Of a stretch of 64,000 nucleotides of DNA, positions 1 through 9,400 are shown piece by piece. The DNA lies in the NCBI GenBank assembly GCA_963762565.1, contig CAVXLD010000012.1:288001-352000 (forward strand), given 5' to 3'. The notes under the pieces are model-generated. The model had not been told where the DNA came from. It saw only the letters and a program-made list of their open reading frames with translations, and searched no databases. The first letter of the stretch is position 1. The number at the start of each line of letters is the position of its first letter. The position numbers and the translations under genes are program-made. The stretch is from an uncultured Verrucomicrobiae bacterium (GTDB taxonomy: Bacteria; Verrucomicrobiota; Verrucomicrobiia; Chthoniobacterales; JAFAMB01).

Positions 1-570
1 CTGCCCTCGCGGGAGGATAATGCGAGCTTCGTCAATTGAACTGACCCTAAGCCCCGGATGAAGGCCGAAGCTGACATGGGCTGGCCGATTCGGCTCCTGA
101 TTGGCGAAGGTAAAAACGACCGTCAAATCTCGGCCGGATAAGACATAATCGATCTGAAATGCGACCCGGCGTGGGTACTCTGTCTTAGCAATGGCTTCCG
201 CTGGCAGCTGATAACGCAGGGTCGCGTTCTCCTCTGAAATCAAGACGTTGGGAGCAGCGAAGACTTTAGTGCGGATGAAACTATGGTTGCCTCCCCGGAT
301 TTCCTCTCCTTCATACAACGTGTGTTCTCCCAGTAGACGATGGATGTAATAGCCCATAACGGTGGCGTGGCTTTTCCATCCGCTCGCCGGCGCACTTGTG
401 TCTCCGTCCCGATACAAATAGCCTACCCAATCACCTCCCGGGGCGCGTTTGGCCAAGCTGACCAATTCGGCGCCGTGATCACTCACGATGATTCGCGTCT
501 CGTTCTTGAGATCGACTATTTCGTCGAGGTGCTGTCCATTCTGTTCAAAGCTTCGATGCCCAAATCGCAT
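1..570 (-). CDS. Aldose 1-epimerase / galactose mutarotase-like (LacX-type) protein, runs off the left edge
   Basis: Not in the ORF track. Manual translation from ATG at 570 gives MRFGHRSFEQ...HGAELVSL...GNHSFIR...EYPRRVAFQIDYVLSGRDLTVVFTFANQ...SFGLHPG, matching the GAEL.SL, H.F.R and G.HP mutarotase-like motifs; frame is open to position 1. Confidence 0.7.
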   Translation of the reverse strand, partial: MRFGHRSFEQNGQHLDEIVDLKNETRIIVSDHGAELVSLAKRAPGGDWVGYLYRDGDTSAPASGWKSHATVMGYYIHRLLGEHTLYEGEEIRGGNHSFIRTKVFAAPNVLISEENATLRYQLPAEAIAKTEYPRRVAFQIDYVLSGRDLTVVFTFANQEPNRPAHVSFGLHPGLRVSSIDEARIILPRGQ

Positions 571-746
571 ATCCTTAAAAAAACGCGTTAACGCCGGTAA
601 TGCAGTGAGCGCCGTGAACGGGCCCGCGAATACCTAGCGCAAAAACTTGGAGCAGGTTCTCAGCAGCTACAAGTAGGTCTTAAAGGAAAAAGCGAACCGG
701 GCCTTCGCAGGAGGGCGAGACGATACCGCGGAAGCCAGTCTTAGAC

Positions 747-777
747 AAAAGGGGCGAACCCTTGGTTGTTCGCCCCT
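747..777 (-). terminator. Rho-independent terminator downstream of the lipoprotein gene
   Basis: GGGGCGAAC...GTTCGCCCC stem with AAAA on the + strand to its left (U-tract on the - strand). Confidence 0.6.
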
Positions 778-833
778 CGTTCACGGTCCGGCAGTGGCCG
801 GAGCGCTGTCCGCGGTCTCGCTCGTTCCGGGGG

Positions 834-1340
834 TTAACTACCCACGTATTCGGCAGAGTAACTGTCGTATTTCTGGACCTGTCCGTCCTTCGGCGCGCTC
901 TTAACATCATAAACGCTGTTCCCGATCACCTGTTTCGACTCGGTATCGTAGATCATCACGCTCTTGGCGCCTTTATCATCTTTTTCTTGAACAGTCGAAA
1001 CGGCGATATAGCGCTGCTTGTGTACCCTTGCTTTACGTTCCGCCGACATTTTTTCGTAAGCTAATCTGGCTCGCTCTTCCGCAATGCGACGTTGTCTCTC
1101 CGTAGCTTCATGTTTCGCAATGACATAAGCGATTGCGCCAACAGCAGCGCCGGTTCCCATGCCGATGGCAACGGCCTGGGCATTGCTTGCTCCTGAGGCC
1201 TTGGCAATTCCTCCCGCTAAAGCGCCGGAAGTTACCCCGGCAATCACCCCGGTCGTTTCCGGCGACATATTTTCACAGCTGGTGAAACCGATGGTAGCGA
1301 ACAGAGTAACGCAGGCAGATGTAGTTAAACTTAGTTTCAT
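834..1340 (-). CDS. Glycine-zipper lipoprotein
   Basis: Signal peptide with lipobox-like FTSC, then GVIAGVTSGALAGG...GMGTGAAVGAIA Gly-zipper. Confidence 0.75.
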   Translation of the reverse strand: MKLSLTTSACVTLFATIGFTSCENMSPETTGVIAGVTSGALAGGIAKASGASNAQAVAIGMGTGAAVGAIAYVIAKHEATERQRRIAEERARLAYEKMSAERKARVHKQRYIAVSTVQEKDDKGAKSVMIYDTESKQVIGNSVYDVKSAPKDGQVQKYDSYSAEYVGS

Positions 1341-1399
1341 ATAAGGGTCGAGCCGGCTAGCTTACCCGGGGGCGGCCTTGCGGCTCAAGCTCGTTTTGT

Positions 1400-1623
1400 G
1401 TCAGGAGCCAGGAGCTAGAATCTAGGAGCTAGGAGGGCACCGTGGTTCGTGGAGAACACACTGGTAGATAGAACACGCTGGGCTCCGCGAACGGATGGGA
1501 CATATAGGACCTATGGGACCTATATGTCTATTTCCTATAAGTCACATAGGTCCTATCGGTCCTATTCATGTTGGTGCGCTGGAACTCCCACGCGTCGACC
1601 CGCCGACACGCCCATACGCCGAT
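1400..1623. repeat. Cluster of short tandem repeats (AGGAGCY 7-mer, GGACCTATR/TAGGTCCYA 9-mer inverted pair, ACGCCGAY 8-mer)
   Basis: Read directly; the same units recur in other intergenic gaps. Confidence 0.8.
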
Positions 1624-1625
1624 GG

Positions 1626-4600
1626 CTACCTTTCCTTCGGCTGCTGAGGACTATTGCTGTCGTTTTGAGGAGACGGTTGTTCCTGATTGGAACCAAAGGG
1701 TATTTTATTCTTGCGGCACCATTCTATGGCCAATGGATGGCCCATCTCTGCTGCCTTTTTTATGTACGCCGTGCCAGCATTGCGGTTCTTGGCACCATTG
1801 ATCCCTTCGGTCAGTGCGGTTCCGTAGAGATAAAGTCCAACCTCATCGTTTCGATCCGCAGCCAGCTTAAAAAGGTTGACCGCGCGCGGCACATCTTTGG
1901 TAACTCCTTCGCCTAGGAGATACATGACTCCAAGATTTGCCATCGATCGCGAGTACTGCATGGCGATCGCTTGCTGGTAGTAAGCGACAGCCGATTCGTA
2001 GTTGTGGATCTTGCGATAGTAAGATCCTAAGAGATCGATTGCATTCGGGTTCCGCAATGCCGCCGCCTCTTGTAAATAAGTTAATGCCTTATTCTCATCG
2101 GTGGGCACCAGCTTGCCGTAGTAATAACATTCGGCGACACAGTACTTCGCAAAGGCGTCGCCCGAGTCGGCTGCTTCTTTCAAATACTGGAACGCTTTAG
2201 CATCGTCTGCCGCATTGTGGTGCCGGGCCAGCAGCAGACCTGCTTCGCGCTTGGCGGTCACATTACCTTTAGCCGCTGCCTGTTCGAACCAATCGAGTGA
2301 ATAGGCCGTTTGAGTGGCAAGGGTGTTCTCGGCCAGCAGCAGCATGGCCTGAACGACGCCGCTCTTAGCCGCCGTCTCAATGTCAGGTTGAACAATCGAG
2401 AAGTTGTCGTGGGTGACCTTCGTTTTGCTGGAACGAACCTCTGATAACAGGTTCTCCAGACGTTTACGCGTCTCGGCCGCGCCCGAGGGATATTGAGCGA
2501 GAATATTGTTGAACTGCTTCAGCGCTCCGGCCCAGTCACCTGCGCGTTCCAAATCATCGGCCGCTTTCAGTGCGATAGCCAAGGCGTCTGTCGGAGGTGA
2601 CACTGAGGGAGTTACGACCGGAGTAGGAATAGGGGTTGCCGTCGGTGTCGGAATGGGCGTGGGCGTAGCCGTTGGATTTGGCGTTGGTTGCCTTGGCGTT
2701 GTCGGGGTCGCTGTGGGGGTTGGGGTACTTCGCCGTGGCGTTACCACCGGAGTCGGCGCTGGTGTCGACGTTGGAGTCGGCGTCACCTGAGCGACGTTCG
2801 GCCCTTGAAAGCTGTTTATCGTTTGCCACACGAAAAATCCGCCAACACCGAGCAATAGGAGGATGAAAACGACCAGAGCTAGGATGAGCAACAGCCCGAT
2901 CACAGAGAACTTCGATCGTTTCGGCGGCGGTGCTGCTGTCGGCGGCGCTTCCGTTGGAGGTCGGAACGGTAACGGCGGTGGAGCTGAAGTTGCTACACCG
3001 GACGAGATTGGGTCGACGTTAGAAACGGGGGTTGAGATTGGAGGGCCTTGTGCGCTCGGCAATTTCGTCGAATAGCCTGACGGTGCCTGCGCCGGGGCCG
3101 GCGGGACCACCTCCGGTGCCGGGGGGTTCGTCATCGGCGGCGATTGACTCTGCTGCGTTGGCGCTGATCCAACGCGTGACGGCATGCCAGTGGCCAGCGA
3201 TTCCTCGCCGCGTACGACCCGGGCGAGTGCGTCTGCAAATTCGACCGATGACGCGAAATCGTCAGCGATGCCTCTTCTCAGTATTGCGTTCCCCGCTTCG
3301 GAAAGACTGGGTACTGGGCTCACACGGCCGGAAGAGTCGACGGTGGCTCGAGGTCCACCCAGCAGTTCATAAGCCAGCAAGCTCAACATGCGAGTGTAGG
3401 AGCTTCTCGCCCCTCCGGCTGCAACGGTGTGTTGCACCACGGTGGCTGCGCCCCCCCAAGTCGCTGCCGAGTCTGCGGCCGAAACCGAAAAGTCCAGGGG
3501 AGTAACTTTGGCGTTAAAAGGAGGCCACGTTGACAGCGGTTGTTGCAAGAGACCCGGTGTAATCGCCGCCTGAATTAGACCAGGGTACGTCAATTGAACT
3601 CCGTTCAGGGTTAGATCCACCGAACTGAGATGGTGCGCAGTCGCGTGGTCGGCTAACGCCGCCAGTTGATTGAGTAGCGGGGGCAGTTCTTGGGCAGTTA
3701 CTTCGCCCCGGCCTCTGAGGATGGCTAGCAACGTCGGCCCAACCACGAACTCCTCAACCAGGTAAGATTGCTGATCCGTGCTCTCTAACGAAAATACTTG
3801 TCTGAGCGATTCGTGGGGAGCTTGCTGGAGTTTTTCGACCTCTTGCTCGACCCAAGTGAACTTTGGTTTGTCCGCCAGGAATTGTTCACTGAAAATCAAA
3901 AGCGAAACACCTCGAGCTTGTCGAAGATCGTGAGCATAAAATTTTCGACCTTGAGGAACTTCCTGAATCTCTCGTACCAGTTGATACCGTTCCCCAACGA
4001 TGGTTTGAGCCGCCAGCGGCTGGGCCGCCTCTAACATAGTCACTTCCCCGGTGGCTACCGTGTCGCTTGGCTCTGTTACTACCGGTGGTCCACTTTTTAC
4101 GGGCGCCGGCGCCGGACCAACCTGCAATTGTTCCAGACAAGAAACGATCTCCTGTCGCAGGTCGCCGGGTGTTTGCGGACGTTTGTCCCGGTCTTTGTCC
4201 ATCATCTTCAGCACCAGGTCGACGACGCATTGAGGCTGGTTTTGTAGGGGCTCCAATGGCACCGGCTTGTACAGGTGCTGACTCATGATCTGCGGGACTG
4301 AGCCGGAGAACGGCGGCCGTCCCGTCAACATATAATAAAGCGTTACCCCCAGGGAATAGATGTCAGACCGAATATCGATATCCCGTTCTTCCAATTGTTC
4401 GGGGCTGGCGAAGTGAGGTGTTCCAACGAACCCGCCGGCTTGAGTGAGCGTGCCGGAATCGTCACCTTCTGTTTTAGCGCTCTTGGCCAACCCAAAATCG
4501 ATGACCTTAACAATGCGTTCGCCATCTTGGTCGACCAACATCAGGTTGGCCGGCTTCAGGTCTCGATGAACCAAGTGTTGCCGGGCTGCTGCCGCCAGAG

Positions 4601-4985
4601 CGCGAGTGACTTGCAGACAAATATTGAGCGCCTCAACTGGCTCGAGTGCACCCTTTTTCTCCTTCTCGATATAGGAAGCGACGGTCTGACCGTCGATAAA
4701 CTCCATCGCATAGAAGTAGCAATCGTTATCCGAGCCGAGATGAAAAACCGAAGCGACGTTCTGGTGGCGCAGAGCAGCGGCGGCGCGTGCTTCCCTAAGA
4801 AATCTTTGCCGGGCGACCTCGCTGTTAAGATACGTATTGTTGATCACCTTTAGCGCGACCGTGCACCGTAGATTGGTGTCGAACGCTTTATAGGTGATGC
4901 CCATCGCGCCCTTGCCTAATTCCCAGAGGCTCCCGTCTTCGCGCCGGAGTACTTGATAGTGCTGATAATTCTCGGCTTCGGCCAT
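1626..4985 (-). CDS. Hanks-type Ser/Thr kinase + degenerate second kinase domain + TM + Pro/Thr linker + SEL1-like repeats
   Basis: GKGAMG, VALK, HRDLKPAN, DFG, GTPHFASPEQ; TM VIGLLLILALVVFILLLLGVGGFF; C-terminal A...LG..Y..G.GV.KD repeats. Confidence 0.92.
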   Translation of the reverse strand: MAEAENYQHYQVLRREDGSLWELGKGAMGITYKAFDTNLRCTVALKVINNTYLNSEVARQRFLREARAAAALRHQNVASVFHLGSDNDCYFYAMEFIDGQTVASYIEKEKKGALEPVEALNICLQVTRALAAAARQHLVHRDLKPANLMLVDQDGERIVKVIDFGLAKSAKTEGDDSGTLTQAGGFVGTPHFASPEQLEERDIDIRSDIYSLGVTLYYMLTGRPPFSGSVPQIMSQHLYKPVPLEPLQNQPQCVVDLVLKMMDKDRDKRPQTPGDLRQEIVSCLEQLQVGPAPAPVKSGPPVVTEPSDTVATGEVTMLEAAQPLAAQTIVGERYQLVREIQEVPQGRKFYAHDLRQARGVSLLIFSEQFLADKPKFTWVEQEVEKLQQAPHESLRQVFSLESTDQQSYLVEEFVVGPTLLAILRGRGEVTAQELPPLLNQLAALADHATAHHLSSVDLTLNGVQLTYPGLIQAAITPGLLQQPLSTWPPFNAKVTPLDFSVSAADSAATWGGAATVVQHTVAAGGARSSYTRMLSLLAYELLGGPRATVDSSGRVSPVPSLSEAGNAILRRGIADDFASSVEFADALARVVRGEESLATGMPSRVGSAPTQQSQSPPMTNPPAPEVVPPAPAQAPSGYSTKLPSAQGPPISTPVSNVDPISSGVATSAPPPLPFRPPTEAPPTAAPPPKRSKFSVIGLLLILALVVFILLLLGVGGFFVWQTINSFQGPNVAQVTPTPTSTPAPTPVVTPRRSTPTPTATPTTPRQPTPNPTATPTPIPTPTATPIPTPVVTPSVSPPTDALAIALKAADDLERAGDWAGALKQFNNILAQYPSGAAETRKRLENLLSEVRSSKTKVTHDNFSIVQPDIETAAKSGVVQAMLLLAENTLATQTAYSLDWFEQAAAKGNVTAKREAGLLLARHHNAADDAKAFQYLKEAADSGDAFAKYCVAECYYYGKLVPTDENKALTYLQEAAALRNPNAIDLLGSYYRKIHNYESAVAYYQQAIAMQYSRSMANLGVMYLLGEGVTKDVPRAVNLFKLAADRNDEVGLYLYGTALTEGINGAKNRNAGTAYIKKAAEMGHPLAIEWCRKNKIPFGSNQEQPSPQNDSNSPQQPKER

Positions 4986-5107
4986 GGTGGTCGTCGCGGT
5001 AACTAATATAAGGCTGCCATAGAAGCAACCGTAATGGAAGACGCTAGATGGCCCTTGGTGATTGCGTAATTTTTTCGACGGCCGCCGGTTGTTTGCACGA
5101 TCTCACT

Positions 5108-5463
5108 AGTAATCAGTAATCAGTAGAACAGTAATCAGTTTCAGATTTTCCGTATTTGAGAACACCCCGACCACCGGCCACGCGTGACTTATAAGTCCCA
5201 TCAGTCCCATAGAGCTCGTCGCGCAGTAGGCCCTGCGAAGGCGGACCCCATCCGTGCCACTCCAGAACGTTTGTGCGCACTGAGGCGGTTACCGCACGCT
5301 GAGCCGCGACCCGATCGAGGACAGCTTGTCCGCCGTAGCCCAATCTCTATGTCGCCACCCGCTCAATGTCGGCCTCGCAAGCGAGGCGCGCTCCACGACA
5401 ACGAGTCAGCGAAGGCGGAAGGACGAGTACGAACCGGCCAACCAATCACCTCTCACCTCTCAC
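5108..5463. repeat. Composite repeat region (GTAATCA 7-mer, GTCCCATAG 9-mer with inserted mini-element, expanded mini-element 5325-5419, TCACCTC 7-mer)
   Basis: Read directly. Confidence 0.8.
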
Positions 5464-5469
5464 GCGCAG

Positions 5470-6528
5470 CTAGTCGCCCAGCTCGAACCGTATTATCGGC
5501 GTAAAGGTGCCTCCGCCCGGAGGAGGCGGAAGCTTAGTGATTTTCTGACCGGCTTCCCTGACCGAGTCATCGACGACAGCGTTACCTGAACCGTCTACGA
5601 TCGTGAATTCGGTTACGGTCCCGTCTGGTTCAATCTTCAGGCGCACGTTGACCACGAGAGTAGTGCCGGCTGGGATTTCGCCGTGAGGCTGGTTCCAGGC
5701 GGTCTGGAACCGGTTCTTGATGATCTCCGCGTACATGCCGATGTCCGCTTCACCGTTGCCCGTTCCTTTGCCATGTTCGTCGCCCTCGCCATTTCCTTCT
5801 CCGTTCTGCTTCTCAGATTTGTTGCCGTTTCCTTCGGAGTGATTTTTCTCTTCCTTCGAACCATTCTTGGCTTCTCCGGCTCCTTCAGCGGAAGCTTTTG
5901 GTTTAGGAGTGCCGCTTGGCTTTGGTTTAGTGGACTCTGATGCCTTCGCTTTTGCTGAAGCTGTGGGTTTCGCGGAAGGCTTAGCGCTTGGCTTGGGTTT
6001 AGGGGTCGGTTTTGCCGTGGGTTTGGGAGTCGGAGTCGGTTTTGGCGTCGGCTTCGGGGTTGGTTTAGGTGTGGGAGTCGGTTTTGGCTTCGGTTTTGGC
6101 GTCGGCGTTACCCTTGGGGTCGGTGTCGAGGTTGGCTTTGGCGTTGGGGTTGCGCTCGGGGTTGCCACCGGTAGTTCGCTCGGTTGTTCTGAGGGCGGTG
6201 GCGTTGCCGGCGGGGGAGTCTCGACGGGTGTCGGCGGCGGGGTTGACGGCTCTGGGGTTGGCGGTGGCGGTGTGGGTGTCGTTTCTGGAGTGGCTTCCGG
6301 TGTTTCTTCGGTTTCCGGTGTGTTATTGCCAGCTGCCGGGCTGCCCGCGTCGGTACTCCCGAATGAACCGGGATTCATCCAGACTAATTGTTCTTCCTTC
6401 TTCTTTGCCGGGTGCAGCGTCAGCACAAGAATCACTGTCAGCCCGATCAGGTGCAGGACAGCGATAATGATGACGTTTCGAGTGAACCCACCGGATCCGC
6501 GAAACTCGCCCTCCTCTTCCGGCATCAT
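5470..6528 (-). CDS. TonB/TolA family energy transducer
   Basis: N-terminal TM with conserved His (AVLHLIG), long PT/PK linker, C-terminal I...W..P...DG.V....SG....D.S domain. Confidence 0.88.
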   Translation of the reverse strand: MMPEEEGEFRGSGGFTRNVIIIAVLHLIGLTVILVLTLHPAKKKEEQLVWMNPGSFGSTDAGSPAAGNNTPETEETPEATPETTPTPPPPTPEPSTPPPTPVETPPPATPPPSEQPSELPVATPSATPTPKPTSTPTPRVTPTPKPKPKPTPTPKPTPKPTPKPTPTPKPTAKPTPKPKPSAKPSAKPTASAKAKASESTKPKPSGTPKPKASAEGAGEAKNGSKEEKNHSEGNGNKSEKQNGEGNGEGDEHGKGTGNGEADIGMYAEIIKNRFQTAWNQPHGEIPAGTTLVVNVRLKIEPDGTVTEFTIVDGSGNAVVDDSVREAGQKITKLPPPPGGGTFTPIIRFELGD

Positions 6529-6618
6529 TGAGGTCCCGCCTCCGCTTCGCTTCCTCGGTCGGCTAGCGGGACCGGGCTATGAATGGCAAGACAGCGCGAC
6601 AAGTTCCGCCTCCGCGAG

Positions 6619-7044
6619 CTATGGCGCGACAGGTTCATCCGGACGAGTCGCCACGCCGACCTTCGAGATCTGCGCTCTCTGTAGGATGTCCATCACCGCA
6701 ACAAATTGTTGGACGCTCAGCGACTTGTCCGGGCGAACGATGACAGGCGCTTCTGGCTTCTCGGTATGTAAGGTGATCAACCTCTCTTCCAACGTCGCCG
6801 GGTCCACCGGTTCATTGTTGAACGTGAGGTTATCCTCCTTATCGATAGAAATGGTCTGCGTCTCCGCCAGATTCACTGACTGATTGGCCTGAGCACTGGT
6901 CGGCACCACCAAATTAACGCTGTTCTCCATCAAGGGAGTGGTGATGATGAAAATGATTAACAGAACAAAGGCCAAGTCCAATAGCGGAGTCACGTTGATC
7001 TCGGTCAACGTATGCATGGTCGGACGATCAGAAAAACGGCGCAT
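6619..7044 (-). CDS. exbD: ExbD/TolR biopolymer transport protein
   Basis: EINVTPLLDLAFVLLIIFII motif. Confidence 0.92.
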   Translation of the reverse strand: MRRFSDRPTMHTLTEINVTPLLDLAFVLLIIFIITTPLMENSVNLVVPTSAQANQSVNLAETQTISIDKEDNLTFNNEPVDPATLEERLITLHTEKPEAPVIVRPDKSLSVQQFVAVMDILQRAQISKVGVATRPDEPVAP

Positions 7045-7053
7045 AGCATTTAC

Positions 7054-7869
7054 CTACCTGGCAACGAAGGATCGGCTCCCGTGATTCACATACTTGTGCT
7101 CGAATTCTGAGGCGAGTTCGGCGGCGAAGTTGTCGTTTTGTACGATGAGAGAACGGATGCTGGTGACGAGAAAATTGTAGCCGAACATGGCCGGGATCGC
7201 CACTAGCAAGCCGGTCACGGTACAAATGAGAGCGCCGGAAACACCGGGAGCCATCGCTGACAGACTGGCTGAACCCGCCAGGGCAACGCCGGAGAATGTC
7301 TCCATGACGCCCCAGACGGTGCCAAGCAGGCCGAGAAATGGAGCTCCACTGACTGCGGTCGCTAACAGAATCATTTGCGATTCCAAACGGAGTGCGGACT
7401 CACCGACCGCGCGTTCCATGGCGCTGGTAACGACATTCATCTGGGACGGCGTGATCCGCTCCGCCACCTCAAGGCGGGCTCGAAAGGTTTCATCAACTTC
7501 CGTGGCTCCAAGCAGGTGCAGAGTTAGTTCTCGGCAACCAGCCCGATAAATCGAGAACATGGGAGAACCATCGAATCGGCCCTGCGCCTCGTAGAGATGC
7601 AAAGGCTGACGCTCGGACCGGAACCTTTGCAGAAACCGGTCGTTCTGCTTCCTAGCGAGCCGGACCATCCTCATCTTCGTTACCATCACGGACCAGCTGA
7701 AAATCGAGGCGATAAAGAGCACCGCGAGAACTAATTTCCCTTCAAGGGTTGCCTCGGTAAACGCGTAAAGGATCCCGCCGGATTGGGCAGCTAGCAGCAA
7801 GTTCGGTGCTAACACAGCTCCTGGTGCATCGTTGCCTGCCAGTCTAGCGAGAAAACCTCGGAGCCGCAA
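7054..7869 (-). CDS. MotA/TolQ/ExbB proton channel (true start probably about 7815 or further downstream)
   Basis: APFLGLLGTVWGVM, APGVSGALICTVTGLLVAIPA. Confidence 0.92.
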   Translation of the reverse strand: MRLRGFLARLAGNDAPGAVLAPNLLLAAQSGGILYAFTEATLEGKLVLAVLFIASIFSWSVMVTKMRMVRLARKQNDRFLQRFRSERQPLHLYEAQGRFDGSPMFSIYRAGCRELTLHLLGATEVDETFRARLEVAERITPSQMNVVTSAMERAVGESALRLESQMILLATAVSGAPFLGLLGTVWGVMETFSGVALAGSASLSAMAPGVSGALICTVTGLLVAIPAMFGYNFLVTSIRSLIVQNDNFAAELASEFEHKYVNHGSRSFVAR

Positions 7870-8103
7870 GAAGGGTTCGCCGTTTACCGTTCATCGTTCG
7901 GCGTTTGGCGTTTGGCGTTTGAGACCTACAAAGTCCTATCAGTCCCATAGACCTCGTCGCGCCCTAGGCTTGGCGAAGGCGGATCCCATCGGTGCTACGT
8001 CTGCTTGGCTTTGTCTGCCCTAACGCTTGCCACACTGCATTCGCCTCATATAGGTAAATGGTGCTGGGCATTCTTGAGCGATGCAGGGTACTAATTTTGC
8101 CAT

Positions 8104-8880
8104 ATGCTTTTCGGTTCACGACGATTGATCCTGGCGGTATGTGTACTCTTTCCTGCCGCGTCCTTCGCCGCGCAGAACCGGTACGACATTCTTGCCCGTG
8201 TCCTGCAACCCTATTTGACCTTGTTCTTCTCTAAGTCCGGCGGCAAAGCGGTTGAAATGGAAGTGGTGGTCCGTTCGATCGAGGGCAGGAATTCTGCAGC
8301 TTATTCAACCATAGTGAATCAACCAGTCAAACTCAGCTTTCAAGGTCCAGACAAACTTCGCGTGGAGATAACCGACCCGGATCATCGGAAAATCGTTTGT
8401 CGGAGCGGGCAACGAGTATGGGTTTATCCACGAGAGTTAGGGGCTGAGGTAGTAGCGACGGCATCAAATGCGGAGAAGAATGGCCAAGCACAGGAGTTTC
8501 GGTTGCCGCTCAATGATCAGGAGATCCTATTACTCCCTGCGATGTTCAAGATCATGCACTGCAACAGCGTGACCGATTCGTGGGGTTCGCCTGCCTGGGA
8601 TATGGAATTTCGGACCGATCCCACTTTGGAGAAAGAGTTGAACGCGACGCCTGTCGTGGTCGAAGCGTTGGTCCGGCAGAATGACTTTGGAGTTGAGCAC
8701 GTCAAAATGCGCAGCGGTGTTTGGTCTGGGGAGATGGAGATCAGCTCCGTCCGATTCAGCACGCAGTTACCGCCGGAAACCTGGGAACCATCCGCCGATT
8801 TAGGGGCTGAGGTCGTAGAGTTGCCTCCAGGTTTATTGAGTTCGGCTTTAAAGAAAGTGTCGAACCTCAACCTCCAATAA
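8104..8880 (+). CDS. Secreted LolA-fold / lipoprotein-carrier-like protein
   Basis: Signal peptide; FQGPDKLRVE...SGQRVWVY and a C-terminal F...LPPETW pattern typical of the LolA fold. Confidence 0.55.
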   Translation: MLFGSRRLILAVCVLFPAASFAAQNRYDILARVLQPYLTLFFSKSGGKAVEMEVVVRSIEGRNSAAYSTIVNQPVKLSFQGPDKLRVEITDPDHRKIVCRSGQRVWVYPRELGAEVVATASNAEKNGQAQEFRLPLNDQEILLLPAMFKIMHCNSVTDSWGSPAWDMEFRTDPTLEKELNATPVVVEALVRQNDFGVEHVKMRSGVWSGEMEISSVRFSTQLPPETWEPSADLGAEVVELPPGLLSSALKKVSNLNLQ

Positions 8881-8885
8881 CCCCA

Positions 8886-9383
8886 ATCCGCAGATAACAG
8901 AAGCTCACACAAAGTCACGAAGGCACAAGATTTTAATAGCCGCAAAAGAGCACAAAGAACGCATGAACGGCGCCTCCGCGAGGCCGCCGACGAAGAAGAG
9001 TTTTAATATCCGCAGATTACGCAGATTACGGTTTGGGGCGGAGCCGAGCGGCGACACAAAAAGGGCCGCATCTTAATTTTGCGCCTTTCGGTTCGATCCT
9101 CGAGGAAACTTAACCCCTTTTGAGGATCCGCAGATTACGTAAATCTCGTTTAGGAGACGAACATCTTCGAGAGAAAGCCACAAACCGCTGACACGAGGAC
9201 GCGTTCTGCGATCACTTATCGCCTACATCCGCCTCAAACCGTAATCTGCGTAATCTGTGTAATCTGCGGATATAATTACTTCCTTGCGGTCTTTGCGCTC
9301 TTTTGTGGCTATTAAACTCTTTGTGTCTTCGTGCCTTTGTGTGAGGGTCTCCTATCTGCGTAAATCTGCGTTCATCTGCGGTT
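8886..9383. repeat. Nested palindromic element of about 500 bp built from 9-mer repeats
   Basis: Left arm CCGCAGAT..CTCACACAAAG..AGCCGCAAAAGAGCACAAAG..CGCAGATTACGCAG; mirrored right arm ATCTGCGTAATCTG..CTTTGCGCTCTTTTGTGGCT..CTTTGTGTGAG..ATCTGCGG. Confidence 0.9.
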
Positions 9384-9400
9384 GGCATCTTGTTTCCTGA

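Noticed and set aside
5867..6883. 338-aa Gly/Val-rich + strand ORF (and similar ORFs at 2506-3075)
   Set aside because: Antisense shadows of the Pro/Thr/Lys-rich linkers of the TonB-like protein and the kinase
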